From Haliotis rufescens (lineage: Eukaryota), in assembly GCF_023055435.1 (NCBI RefSeq), contig NW_025963890.1, forward strand, positions 37,572,001 to 37,636,000: a DNA stretch of 64,000 bases, given 5' to 3'. Positions 36,951 to 50,830 of this stretch are shown here, in pieces; positions within the stretch are counted from its first letter, which is position 1; each line of letters opens with the position of its first letter. Position numbers and translations under genes: made by a program. Below the pieces are notes generated by a model. The model was not told where the DNA came from and searched no databases. It saw only the letters and a program-made list of their open reading frames with translations.

Positions 36951-37560
36951 GTAGAACAACAAATACCTCTGGATTCCAAAATCGCATCCTTCCAATACTC
37001 ATCCCGTTTCATAGCTCTTAACTATTCCCATCATGTTTCCAAGCAAATATAATGCAGTACATATCCTAAGTTGCTACCCCATCAACGCACATGGCAATTA
37101 AGTACAATAACAGCAATGTTTTGAGACCACCCCCAACTCGGTGACATTAACACCTGTGAGATTGCAAAGGAAAGGTGTGAGGTCATCACCTCGGTAAACC
37201 ACAGGTACCACAGGTAAAAACCTCAGGTTATAGGCCATTTCATACATGCATGACAACACACGAATATTTTCTAAGTTGATCATCATTTTTCTTGTAAAAG
37301 TACATTTTAAGGGTAATCACAGTGTCACAGTGTCAGTCAGGCTAGATAAGGACAATTTGCGATATTTTGATATATGATCTTTTAATAGTTCCATGACTCG
37401 TATTTATTAAATGAAGTCAGAAAAGCAGTTTCCGACTGTACTTTAGCACTAACTCTCCATACTCGTTGGTTTCACCCAAATTGTAAAGGCCTAACGCCTG
37501 CGACCATTCGGTCTTTCCTTCAACTTTAAGCTGAAGGATCGCGTGTGATTCTTAAAAGTG

Positions 37561-37827
37561 CGGGGCACGGGTGACCCAGTCGTCTAAGACGCGGCGATTC
37601 GCTTTGCAGAGTTGCGTCCCTTGAGCACGCCAGAAACCTATAATTGTGGGTTCGTATCCCGGTTCGCCAGATTATGTTTCTAGATTTGTCAGCATCATAC
37701 CCGTGCTCGTGGGTTTCACCGAAGTGGTAAACGTCTGAGACCTGCATCACTTCGGGCTTTCCTCCCACATTAAGCTGACACGCCGTGATATAACAGTAAT
37801 ACTGTTTAAAGCGGCGTTACTCACTCA
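37561..37827 (+). mobile_element. SINE family B (tRNA-like head, V-domain-like core); other copies 42440-42700 (-), 53891-54175 (+), 3' end 63048-63136
   Basis: TSD CTTAAAAGTG; head ggggcacgggtg.cccagtcgtctaag...gggttcg.atccc; core gtgggtttcaccg...cttcgggctttcctcccac; tail shared with family A. Confidence 0.85.
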
Positions 37828-38062
37828 CTTAAAAGTGACTGAAGCGGACGTATAGTATTCACATATTCAAATTGCTTTCTTTAGAAAAATAACTGCAAGT
37901 TGTTTCCAAGGGCTTCTTCATTTACATAGTCACTATGCCCGCATTCCAGGCGTTAACGATCACATATTCTACTGATTTAATTCACGTCTTGAACTGTGAG
38001 AAATCATTTATGTAAACCGCATCCCCTGCCAACACGAAAAACGTGTATGTGTATAATGCACA

Positions 38063-38410
38063 TACGAGGGACGTTCAATAATTTTGCAACTTCAATATAA
38101 GACCAAGTCGCAGAATATCTTTTGCACTTTTATATTTCCATATAATCTTCATTCACCTCAATACACTTGTTCCATTTTTTCTTCAAGCTTTTAATACCAC
38201 TTTTATAGAAATCCGCAGATTGGCCTGTAACCACGCCTCTTTGGCAGCCTTTATGTCCTCGTCATCCTTGAAGCGTCTTCCACGTAGGGCAGATTTAATT
38301 TGCCGGAACAGGGAATAGTCACTGGGCTGTACAGTTAAATGCCCCACCCTACAGCTCAGACCTAGCTCCCAGTGACTATTTCCTGTTCCGGCAAATGTAA
38401 TCCGCGCGAG
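38063..38410 (-). mobile_element. Mariner transposase 3' remnant with an internal inversion
   Basis: TACGAGGG.. end; minus strand PSDYSLFRQIKSALRGRRFKDDEDIKAAKEAWL; plus strand 38347-38405 repeats PYSSDLAPSDYFLFRQ in inverted orientation. Confidence 0.75.
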
Positions 38411-38624
38411 ACTCCTCAGGGTGCAGTCTGTATACCATGACGGCGGATTTTTAGAAAAGCTTTGTGATGGTCAATAGAAATAAAGAATACGTGACTGCCG
38501 ATTGTATAATAAAATGTGATAGTTACTGATGAATCCAGTTCCAATATAAATGGCTTCCAATGTTGGCCGAGATAAATTCTGTGATCGAAGCGAGCTAGGT
38601 GTTTTTAATATCCGATGATACAAA

Positions 38625-39760
38625 TACGAGGAGTATATGCAACAAATGTACGCTATATGCAGAATATACGCAATATCTGTACATTGACTATTTGGTAATA
38701 AATGAACGCTAAAGTTATGCAACAAATGTATATGAACAATTGTACGCTGAGTATATGCAGAGACCATCTATTATATGGTCTTTGGTATATGCAACAAATG
38801 TACGCTGAGTATAAATACAAATGGCTGAGTATATGAACAAATGTATGCAGAGAATATGAACAAACATACACTAAGTATATGAACAAATGCACACTGAGCA
38901 TGTGAACAAATGAATCCTGAGTATATGAACGAATGTGCTCTGAGTATATGAACAAACATACGCGAGCATATTAAGAAAGGTACACTGAGTATATGAACAA
39001 ATGCACACTGAGCATATGAAAAAGATGTACGCTGAGTATATGAACATGTGCGCTGGGTATATGAAAAATTATACGCTGAGTATATGAACAAACATACACT
39101 GAGCATTTGAACGAATGTACGCAGAGTATGTGAAGAAAGGTACGCAGAGTATATGAAAAAGGTACACTGAGTATATGCAACAAATGTATGCAGATTATAT
39201 AAACAAATGTACGCAGAGTGTATGAACAAATGTACGCTATGCATATGAACAAATGTACGCAGAGTATATGAACAAATGTACGCTGTGTATATGAAAAAAT
39301 GTACGCTATGCATATGAACAAATGTACGCAGAGTAAATGAACAAATGTACGCTGTGTATATGAAAAAATGTACGCAGAGTATATGAACAAATGTACGCTG
39401 TGTATATGAAAATACGTACGCAAAGAACACGAACAAATGTACGCAGAATATATGAACAAATGTACAGTGAGTATATGAACAGATGTACGCAGAGTATATG
39501 AAGAAAGGTATGCAGAGTATACGAACAAATGTACGCTGTGTATATGAACAAATGTACGCAGAGTATATGAACAAATGTACGCAGAGTATATGAAGAAAGG
39601 TACACTGAATATAAGCAACACGCTGTGCAAATGAACAAATGTATGCAGAGCATATGAACACATGTACATGTACACTTAGTATATGCAACAAATAACCGAG
39701 TATTTAAACAAATGTACGCTTTGTCTATAAACAAGTGTACGCTGAGTATAAGCAACACAT
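38625..39760. repeat. 23-bp minisatellite (ATGAACAAATGTACGCAGAGTAT), roughly 45 degenerate units
   Basis: Visible periodicity; accounts for the overlapping low-complexity ORFs at 38471-39758. Confidence 0.95.
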
Positions 39761-40399
39761 ATATAGCAAGTGATGTAGTATTGACATTTGGGATAATGGT
39801 AAATTAATGCTGGCATGCAAAGTATGTAATTACGCCTGTAATAGTGGTTAGATGTGACGATGTACTTAGCCTTTCCAGAGACAATTGTCATCACTTAATA
39901 AGAACAAAGACAAGCGCATATTTAACGCACAATTAACGACATTATTATGGGTACGATACATTTAGAACTGTTCATGTATGTGCGGCGGTAAAGGTGTTTT
40001 ACAGGCTGAAATAGTTCCACAGGGATACTTGTGTTATTGAACATTACTGACAAGATGTAAACAGTGGGATATTATAATAGCAGAATGATACAAAATTAAC
40101 CCTGTCAGTGCGCACAGAGATATACAATACGGGTATGAGCTTCCTCTGTAAACATTTAATTTATTGCACCTTACTTCACCTTCTCGCTGTGCTGAGTTGC
40201 CTCCCTTGGACTATCTGAATCATTTGATTGTTGGTTTGAATCCTATATTCTATGATACCCGAGAGGGGGCATTGCTTTATTGAATTTGCAGTCGCGATAT
40301 TGCGATAACACGATACGAGAACGCGATAACCAATTTGTCAACAGAGGGAGCCTTTTTCCAGACTTGAAGGATATAGCCGAATGTAAGATTGGGGGATAA

Positions 40400-40545
40400 C
40401 ACGAGACGAAAAAAGCGATAACACGAGACGAGAAAGAGACAGTACGAGATGAGAAAGCGATAGTACGAGACGAGAAAGCGATAGTACGAGACGAGAAAGC
40501 GATTGCACAAGACGAGAAAGCGATTGTACCAGAAGAGAAAGCGAC
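40400..40545. repeat. 21-bp tandem repeat (ACGAGACGAGAAAGCGATAGT), about 7 units
   Basis: Visible periodicity. Confidence 0.9.
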
Positions 40546-43500
40546 ATGCCACGATATACATGTAGCTACTATACAATGCCGCGTTGAATCACTGTCTCTG
40601 GCTGAGTGACGACTTTCAGTGAGGTTTTTGTAGTACGGCTACTTCGGCGATGCAAAACAAGTTACCAAATGTAATACATATACAACAGGATTACATGTTT
40701 ATGATCAAATTAAACGAAAAATGTACTACAATAAAGTTAAATTCGGGGAGTAACACAGTAAATGGACAATGTAAAAAGTTTTTTTTGATGGAAACAAATC
40801 CTGTCTTTTGTAATTCTTTTTGTTTTTAAGAAAGTTTATGACTGTATCTATTTACTCAACTATTTACGTTACTCTGTACAACCTGTATTCTTGAAATAAA
40901 GAATAAAAAGAATGAATAAATTAATATTTCGGCGTCTTGCAAAAAATCCGGCACACACTCGCATCGAATAAATATTCACAATTTCGAATCACAGATCTAG
41001 AGGGGGTCAGACTTCAGAAAATGATCAACTTTTCATTTTGAGATGAGAAGCCTGCCATCAATTCATTAAACCTAAAGGCAATACAATGAAAATTGTGAAA
41101 TCCATTATGGGTGTTTAAACGTAAACAAATCATAAACTTTCGATTCCCAACAAGGGTACATTGTGTGAAGCCCATTTCTGGTGTCCCCCGCCTTGGAATA
41201 AATGCTAAAAGCGGCGTTAAACCATACTCACTTACTCCTCCCAAAAGGCCGAGATGAACTAGAGAGTGCCCTTTTCTTATTTTAGTGGCACCGTGCTGTT
41301 TCAGGAACACTTTTACTGGATGCTCTCTTAAGCGGCTGTTTGTATTTGTATTTGTTTGTTGGTATGATGTTTAAAGCCGCACGAGCAATGGCCCAGCTAC
41401 ATGACGGCGATATGACTTCCATCTTTTTAGGTATTTTGATATGACGCGGCCGTCTATCAAAACCCCATCTTCTGCTCTCCGGGCAGACGCTCTTACACTA
41501 GACCACGGAGGCGGTCGCCCTGGATGCGACACAGAGGTTACCTTGCCTCATCATTTCACATTCGATCGTCACGTCGAAGACCCGGGTTCGATTCCCGACA
41601 TGGGTACAATGTGTGAAGCCCATTTCTGGTGTCCCCTGCCGTTATATTGCTGGAATATTGCTAAAAGCGGCGTAAAACCATACTCACTCACTCACTCATC
41701 ATTTCACATTTGCTTTGCTCATCCCAGCTCTGTCCTAGATATGGGGCTGTCTCCGGAGGGTGGAAGGTTGGTGGTTTCATCCCCTGGATGCGTCATACTA
41801 ATAGACGTTGAAAGATGATACATGTTGTTAACTTGCCTTGTGTTAAAACAAGGTCGGCTCAAAGTGTACTGTGTCTGAGGGGAATAACCTCGCACGCGAC
41901 GTTAAACCCCATTTCACTTCACCTCTGCATACTGGCTAAACATCAGTACCGATGTTTTCAGCATTTAATAGCAACAACTATTTAATGGATAGAGGAATAG
42001 GTCGCCAGTACCAAATGCGAGTGTAGAAGCCGACCAAGTAGGAGTAGCTATAGCCTAGTGGATAAAGCATTCGTTCGACACGAAGACCTGGGTTCGATTT
42101 CCGACGTGGGTACAACGTGAGAAACCAAATTATGATGCCCCCTGGTGTGATATTGGTTACACCTTGCTAAAAGCTGCGTAAATCCATACCTACTCACTCA
42201 CTCATACAATCACTCACGTCAACCTGTCACCTTCTTTGTCTCGTGTCTGTGTAGGCTGAGGTGATCTACATGTCTCAGATCTAATAAACAACGACTATGC
42301 CGCAGTTTGCAACCTAACACTGTGCTTCCATCGAGACGCATCACCGTGTAAAGATAGGTCGCGCGGTAGATGTTCCGAAAATAAACTGCGATTAAAGTAA
42401 CAGTGAGTTTTGAACAATGTTTTAGGTACATTTGGACTGAGAGAGTGAGTTGGGTTTATCGCCGCTTTGAACAGTATTCCAGTTATAATGGAAACATGTG
42501 ATGTGGGAGGAAAGCCCGTTTTAGACGTTTCACACTTTGTTGAAATCCACGAGCACGGGTATGGTGCTGACATACCCAGAAACATAATCGGGGCGAACTT
42601 GGATTCGACCCCATGATCATAAGTTTCTGGCGTGCCTTAGGGGCGCAACTCTGCAAAGCGAATTGCGGCGCCTTAGACGTACTGGGCCACCCGTGCCCCC
42701 AGTTATATTAGAAGGAAATCCCGATGCAAGTCGTCGCAAGGGTGTATGCTGTTAGTTTGTTTGTGTGTCTGTTATTTCATGCTTCACTCAGCAATACTCC
42801 AGATATATCACGGTGGTCTTTTAATGATCGAGTCTGGTCCAGACAATTCAGTGATTGACATAATTAGCATAGCAGTTGGGATACGATGGCATGCATCAAC
42901 CACGTCGGCGAGCCTGACTACCAGTACCCGTTAGTCGCCTTCTACGACAGTTTTTTTTAGACATATCAAGGGTTGGGCGAAGTTGTATTCGAACTCCCGA
43001 TTCACGGATCCTGTCACAACGAAATTACGTAACTGTTCATACCCAGTTGTAGCTTGCTGACCCACTGAGTCACTTTTCAGTTACGAGGCAAAATTAACAT
43101 ACACTTGTCATGCAATTTATTTGAAAGCAACGTTCTCTGTCGTCCTCTATTAGACTGTGAATGAAAGTATACACCCATGGTTGATGAAGGCTAAAACTGA
43201 AACAAATACAAAATGTTTTTTGATGGTGATGTAAATCATACGGGTATCAAAGTTGTGTTTTGGACTTCGCAGTGTTTCGCCGACTGTTTACAGCCGAGAG
43301 ACGGGTTGACAACGTTGGTCAGATCCAATTTCAAGTGTTTACTTTCTCGTAGTTTACTCTAATGTTATAATACACTCATGTCCTTCTCGTCGTCATACAG
43401 GTGGAATATAATTCGGTACTGATTTCGCAACACAGGAACGTGTTCATTGCATCTTATGGTACGATACATATCACTATAATGAATGTATCACGATACGTGT

Positions 43501-44094
43501 ACGTACTGCTAGTATTCACTTGTCGATGAGATATGCATGTCGGGTACAATACGGTACGACATTCATCACGGTACACTCGTCTCCAGGGACGGTACTATCA
43601 TGATACGATTTCTATGTCTCCAAAGCGCAAAATAATCAATTCAGCCATCAATTTCATTCACAATAACACAGTGTAATAAGGTTTATTAATATGTTGTCTT
43701 TTATTCAATACTTCTTTACACAATACTTTAACTTGTAAAGGAGCGGTGGGGTAGTGGTTATTGCTTTGGCTCGCCACGCTGAAGTCCCGGGTTCGATTAT
43801 CAATATCGTTCCATTGTGTGAAGCCCAATTGTGGTGTACCCCCGCCGTGGTATGGCTTAAATATTGCTGAACACGGCATAAAACTCTACTCACTCACTAA
43901 AGTTGTATAACGTTTTGTGCGTCGTAGTCGTTGTGCTTTTATCTCTCCATAAATGCAGAAAATGGTCCTGTGTGGATATTTTGAGCTCAGCACGCCCTCT
44001 CTCCCGCATTCTCTCGCCAACCTCACTAAACTGGTATAACGTTTTGTGCTTCACAGTCGTTGCGCTTGTGTCTCTCTACAGAATCTGATCCTGA

Positions 44095-47000
44095 CTACAC
44101 AAAATGTTTGACGTTTATGCTGAGCTCGGAGTCCATAGATATCAGCTTAAATACGATCACTTCCGAAGCTCGAAGTTCTCCATGCGTAATATACAACTTC
44201 CGGTTATGCGCACATCTGACGGAAACGCCACACGGACTTCTCAGCCCAGCTGTAGGTGTGACAAGGTCTTGCATATACTGTCCCGTTGCAGAAAACATGA
44301 CCACTCTGTCGTTGTGGTGGTCGGCGACGATGATGTTGTCGTGTTGGTCAACACACACACCGTACGGAAACCTAAACTGGCCGTTCGCTTTCCCATAGGA
44401 TCCAAACTTGAACATGAAGTTGCCATTACAAGCAAACACTTTGACACAGTGATTGCCCGAGTCGGCTACGACGATACGACCAGAATGAGAGCAGCAAACA
44501 TATCGAGGCTGTTTGAAGGCAGGTTCGTGAAAATCTGACAGTTTGAATAAGACGGTCCCCGTCTGATCGAATACAAATACATCGCTCAGCTGTTCATCTG
44601 CTACAAATACCCTCCCTGTTTTATCAACTGCCAGACCAGCAGGGCATCGCAGCAAACCGCTGCCGAAGACTTCCATCGAGGTGCCGTCATTTGTCCACAA
44701 CGCTACACAGTGCTGACGTCGCAACGTCACTGCGACGTGTCCGTCGGGTGTCATCGTCGCACCCCAAGGCTCTGAGCTCTCTTTGGTCATGAAAGTGCGC
44801 TTTGCTTTACCACTTCTTTCATAAAGAACGACTTTGCTGTCCAGGAGATCGGTCACTAACACTTCTCCTTTGTAAACGTGGGCGACTGATTTGGCGTCCT
44901 TGATCCCAGGCGCTGTATTCCGCTTTGCTCCGAATTTATTAAACAATACTGCGCGGAACTTCTCGGGAAAATGACTCTCCGATTCCGAGTCCGAGTCTGA
45001 ATCATCATCCGATTGAAAATTCTCGGTTGAAATGCGTCTCTCCTTAACCAACTGTTTCTCTAAGCTGTCTGTGGGCAAGCTACTTCTGGTCGATGCCCTT
45101 CTCTCCGTCGACAAGCTTCCCATTGTCCTTGGCCGTCTCTCTGTCGAAAAGCTTCCCTCCTTCAGTGATCTTCTTTTCGTCGACAACCGCCCCTCCCTTG
45201 GCGACTGGGTTTCCGTCGACATCTTGTCGTCAGCAGAAGAAAGGGGCGTGTCGGGTTCATCGAACACAATGTCATTTGAGAAGGAAACTCTCTTTGGGTG
45301 AGATTTGGGGCTGTTTTCTCTGGAGGAGTAGTTGGATGACGTCACTGACGACAAAGAATTTAGGGATGAGAGCGACGTCATCTCAATATTGCACGTTAGC
45401 GGAATATGAAATATTCCATTCTTTGATGTATTATCGTCCACTGTTGATAATGAATCTGCAAAACAATAACACAAAGTCAGGCTGATGCATTTGTCTACGG
45501 AAAGGCGAAGATGGGTGTAACCTAGTGCTTAAAGCGTTGGCTCGTGACGCTTAAGACCTGTGATCGAATCCCTAAATAGGTACAGAGGATCCCCTGCTGT
45601 GATTTAGGGGGAATATTGCCCCCCAAAAGTGCGAACGCTGCAGCAATGAATAATTCTAGAAGCCTGACAATGTGGCAGTATGTGTGTGTCGACATGGTTC
45701 TAATGCCGACGTTATACAATAAGAGAACCCGCAAGGGACAGAGAGAGAATGCTGCTAAATGATATTCCATTTGATATTCCAGGGAGTGTGAATATATTTT
45801 GATCTCTATTACATGACAAACAATTTAGTTCCAAAAATCAAGGAGCCGAACAATTAGATTTTTTTAAGAAAACATTTTTATCATGACATCCATCATGTAC
45901 ATTTGTATTTCTTTTCTAAAAAACGTTTTTCCAGTCTTTTTTCTGCAACACAGGACAGAACATGAAGTGATTGGTCCTTGAACGCGGCGGAAAACAATTT
46001 TCACTCATTGCGTGTAGGCTCATGTATGGCTATCCTCTGTTGTGTAATATCATGTAATACTGTGTTTCCTTAGACTGGTCGTTCCGGTTTTACAGGATTA
46101 ATTATTTCAGGTGACTGCAGGAATCCCTTTCAACAACACAAATCGTCATGACGAAGTTGGATATTTGTTACAATGAGTGAAAAACCCTCAAGCATTAACT
46201 TACACAATACAGTGACTCGCTCGGTATAAATAGCCCACTGACGTGCACACCAAATGATTAAATAACACCCTCAAGCATCATCTCCTTCGGTAGGCGGGGG
46301 TTCAGGGTGGGGTCGGTTGGGGTGGTGACGGACAGAGTGGGATGGGTTTTGGGACGTAAACATCAGGTTTCAAACCTAAACCCTCGGCATTCAACAAGAG
46401 CATCCCCTTTGCAGTTGGATACGTGCATTACTACGGTGATACAGGGGGAAATAAACGTTCAGAAGCTCAAAAGTGAATTCGTATAATGTCGGAACGTGTC
46501 CGGCTTTAATTTGTGTGTGCAGAGTTACGCAAATATGTTTTACATTTCCGTTCACATACGTTTTTAGATATTACAATTCAAATTTCTAAGCCCATAGTCA
46601 TGATACGCAGTCCTTTAGTCTTCTATTTATAATAATGAGGTATGGAAACAATTATGAGGCGATGAATATTCATTATAGTGTTTGTAGTTTACACATTGTT
46701 GTGCCTTATACGTGAAATTTATAGTGTTTCATATATTGATGTCCACATCTTCATCCTGCGTGGTAAATACTCGAATATTTAGTCAAGCGTGAATTAGCGT
46801 GACTATAATGTACCTCACGTTTTGATAAACGCAATTTATCCCCCCCAAAAAGTGAAGAAACTAATATTTTTGTGCACAAAAAAGTATCAACAATTCATTG
46901 CGTAAAGGGACGACAGATTGCGATGATAAACCTATGCTGCTATCACATTTAATAATCTAATATGTACGACAAGACACCAAACATCGCTTTTCTACCAATA

Positions 47001-47121
47001 GAATCGTTCGCCCATAATACACAAAATAAAAATAAACAATACCTTTAGATGAACCTCCACTTTCCTCTAGATGGGATAATCGACGTTGTTTGGTAGAGAC
47101 AGCTCTCCGAAGAAACTCCAT
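44095..47121 (-). CDS. NHL-repeat protein paralog 2 (~479 aa) with Ser/Arg-rich disordered N-terminus and KRVSF motif
   Basis: Exon 47121-47043 (MEFLRRAVSTKQRRLSHLEESGGSSK, donor AAG|GTATTG) splices in phase 1 to exon 45455-44095 (acceptor TTTTGCAG); NHL motifs CPAGLAVD, QPRYV, ADSGNHCVKVF, FRFPYGVCVD, VADHHNDRV. Confidence 0.88.
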
Positions 47122-47729
47122 GTTGCCAGTTGATGGAAGCTCGTCACTAATGTCTACGTGGTTGTGATAGCAGTTAGACACCTCAATCAACGAAAGTTGA
47201 TATGGCATCTGGCGTTATGGAGATGTTTCAGCTGCACCCTGTATCATCAGGTTCCGCGGCCTACTTTTACTTTCAGTACCCAGTCAAATAGTAGGGTACG
47301 GGTGAGTGCACTGAAGGTCACAGAGATAAGCGCGGGGATTGGCGTGCTGCGAGAAGCACAGCTTTGGATCATGTGACAATCATGGTGTTGTCTCCATCGT
47401 GAAGAGGAACAATGCTGAACATGACTGGAGTTAGCGTCCGCCTCAGAGGCATGTCAGGACACTGGTGGCTAGTCGTGTACGTCGTTTGTGCGGAGTTGCG
47501 TCCCCTTTTTCGCCAGGATCTGTAGGTTATTGATCCTTGGTTGTCAGAACCGGAGCTCGTTGGTTAACGTTTAAGATCGGCATCATATTGTCCTTACCTT
47601 CCTCGCCACCATGCATGACTGAAAGAAAAGCAAAAACCAGCTTATGACTCACGCATTCTCCGCGTAAAAGTAAAAGTACTGTATATACAAGTATCACGTG
47701 TTCCAGAGATTGCACGTGTATCACACGGC

Positions 47730-47740
47730 CCTTTAAATAG
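47730..47740 (-). promoter_or_regulatory. Candidate TATA box for NHL paralog 2
   Basis: CCTATTTAAAGG on - strand ~600 bp upstream of the ATG, followed by a GT-AG candidate UTR intron (47597-47520). Confidence 0.35.
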
Positions 47741-48840
47741 GTCTAAAGATGTTAATGCACACCACATGATCACATGACTAGCTATCATTGGACAAGAGCC
47801 AAACTGAACTTTACTGTGGATTGTAATGTGAAAATGGAGGTCTTTTCCGTTTCATTTCTTTCCGCCGAAGTGTGTACTTTTCCTTGAAACCACCCACCAC
47901 ATTTTCATTAAAATAATTCATTATGTCACCCGAAAAGAATACATTATTTAACCAAGCATGTCACTAAAATTATAGATTTCAATGACAAAATAGACCGACT
48001 GAAAAATGCCTAGTAATGTCTACTGTATTATTCAAGTATTAGCGTCAACATCCGAGGAAGTTCTGTTCAAATGGACAGAGCCTCGAGTCCTATTTGAAAG
48101 GCACTTACAATGCGTAGCTAGAATGCATGGCTGCATTACCATGTACCCGTGTTTCGAGAGTGGGCTGTTCGTGAAAAACATCTGATCTGGTCATGCTGCA
48201 ACGTATGTTGTGAGTAAATACATTCCGTGTTGGTGATGATGAGTGCAATTCAGACGTCGGTCGGGTAGCCTTGTGCATAAAGCGTTCGCTCGTCACGCTG
48301 AAGACCCGGGTTCGATTCCCGACATGGAAAGAATGTGTGAAGCCCATTTCTGGTGTCCCCCGTCGTGATATTACTGGAATATTGTTAAAAGCGGCGTAAA
48401 ACCTTACTCATTCACTCAGACGATTCAGGTCGATTCAGACATGAAACATACTATTTTTAAATGTCACCTATACATCGTCACATGTTTAAAAAAATGAAGC
48501 TATTAACTGCCATTATTAGACGTTACAGTTGTACATGTTTTAGCGTGACAGATATCTTGGTCTCAACATTGTTATTTGTAAGGATTTTTACTTGCTTGAT
48601 TTTTTCATTGCCTTTGACAAGCAGTCTTACTGTATCTGTAACACAACACACACGCCGAGATATCGTTTTCCTGCCAGTGTACATTAAAACCTAATGGTTC
48701 TTTTGAATTAACACTATTGTGTAGCTTTCTGGGATAGTCTTCTTTGTCATAAACAAGTTACCCTTGTAGATTTGCTTTTTTGTTGTTTAGGGCCGCATAT
48801 TCCAGATATATGACGGCAGTCTGTAAACAATCTGGTCAGC

Positions 48841-48940
48841 TCCCGTTCCACAAAGCGATCTTAGCGCTACGATTATCGTAGGCCTATGTTAAAATATGGG
48901 AATTCCGCTCACGTCAGCGCTAAGCGTTTGTGGAACGGGG
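48841..48940. mobile_element. ~100-bp palindromic MITE nested in a family D SINE; partial second copy ~49174-49210
   Basis: cccgttccacaaagcgatcttagcgct ... agcgctaagcgtttgtggaacggg. Confidence 0.75.
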
Positions 48941-49904
48941 CCCCGAACCAGACAATCAAGTGACTGACATCATGAGCATCGATCTACGCAATTGGGATAC
49001 GATGACATGCATTAACAAAGTCAGCGAGTCTGACGACCCGATCCCGTTAGTCGCCTCTTACGGCAAGTCGCTTCTTGTATGTGGCAAGTGTGGGTTGCTG
49101 GAGACCTATTCTCTACCCGGATGAACACCTCTCTCTGTAAGTCATACGCATGTCTACATTAGCATCCAAAGACCCTTTTTCCACAAAGCGATCTTAGCAC
49201 TACGATTAAAGTATTGGAGTTATTATCTTCACTCACCCGGTTACTCACATTCAATCACACATCAGTACTGCCGCCCTTCCATCCGCATTTCTACCAACTC
49301 ACCCACTCAAACAAAACACAAAACAAGCACACACAAATAAACACACATGCACAAACCACACACACTGACACACACGCGGACACGCATACACACACACATA
49401 CACACAAGAACACACATGCACAAACACACACACACTTCCCTTCATCCGACCAAACCACTCACTCACTAACTCACTGGGAGACCCTTAGTTGTCTTGACTC
49501 TCATGGGATGGACAAGCATTTAGTTGTTGGTGATCGGTTTAAGGGATTCAGAACAGGAGCATTATGTACCACAATCCTGAATACAGTCATTTTAGTTTTC
49601 ATCGATCATTATATGTTGACAGATATCATATGTCCGAGAAGCACTGTTTCAGTTATCTCCTGAGATGACCACATCAATTGCAGATGCTGATGGAAAATTA
49701 CTTGGCTGTTGACCTCGGGTAATCCGATTGGTTCCAGTCGGAAGACCACTTGACCCCTGGTATCAGTCTTTTGTTGAAGGTCTCACGGTTAGCCAGAGGC
49801 TGGTTTTCAGGTACCTTAGATGTAGCTGTTTCAGACCTACCCTCCGATAACATTCAGTATGCACTAGTATTACAGATTCGGTTGACCAGTAACGCATATC
49901 TAAA

Positions 49905-50830
49905 GTAGTTATAACATATTCAGTTGACCAATAACTGTTGCACATATCCTCAGACAGTACACCATACACATAGTTATAACATATTCAGTTGACCAGTAAC
50001 ATCTATCCTCATATACCATACACATATTTACAACATATTCAGTCGTCCAGTAACATCTATCCTCATATACCATACACATAGTTATAACATATTCAGTTGA
50101 CCAGTAACATCTCTCCTCATATACCATACACATAGTTATAACATATTCAGTCGTCCTGTAACATCTATCCTCATATACCATACACATAGTTATAACATAT
50201 TCAGTCGTCCAGTAACATCTATACACATAGTTATAACATATTCAGTCGTCCAGTAACATCTATCCTCATATACCATACACATAGTTATAACATATTCAGT
50301 CGTCCAGTAACATCTATCCTCATATACCATACACATAGTTATAACATATTCAGTTGACCAGTAACATCTATCCTCATATACCATACACATAGTTATAACA
50401 TATTCAGTCGTCCAGTAACATCTATCCTCATATACCATACACATAGTTATAACATATTCAGTCGTCCAGTAACATCTATCCTCATATACCATACACATAG
50501 TTATAACGTATTCAGTCGTCCAGTAACATCTATCCTCATATACCATACACATAGTTATAACATATTCAGTCGTCCAGTAACATCTATACACATAGTTATA
50601 ACATATTCAGTCGTCCAGTAACATCTATCCTCATATATCATACACATAGTTATAACATATTCAGTCGTCCTGTAACATCTATACACATAGTTATAACATA
50701 CTCAGCTGACCAGTAACTGTTACACATATCCTCAGACAGTTGACACTACACGTAGTTATTACATATTAAGTAGACCAGTAACACTTATCCTCACATTATA
50801 GCCAATATACATAGTTATTACATTTACAGT
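49905..50830. repeat. 54-bp minisatellite with interspersed 41-bp deletion variants
   Basis: Unit acacatagttataacatattcagtcgtccagtaacatctatcctcatataccat; produces the artefactual MCMVYEDRCYWTTEYVIT ORFs. Confidence 0.95.

Noticed and set aside
38471-39758. Long ORFs of 150-306 aa
   Set aside because: Overlapping frames all derive from the 23-bp minisatellite
44104-45485. Plus-strand ORFs opposite NHL genes (also 56474-58283)
   Set aside because: Antisense shadows of the real minus-strand CDS
49905-50830. CRISPR-like array or Cys/Tyr-rich repeat protein
   Set aside because: Units are contiguous with no unique spacers, there are no cas genes and the context is eukaryotic; ORFs arise from the 54-bp period
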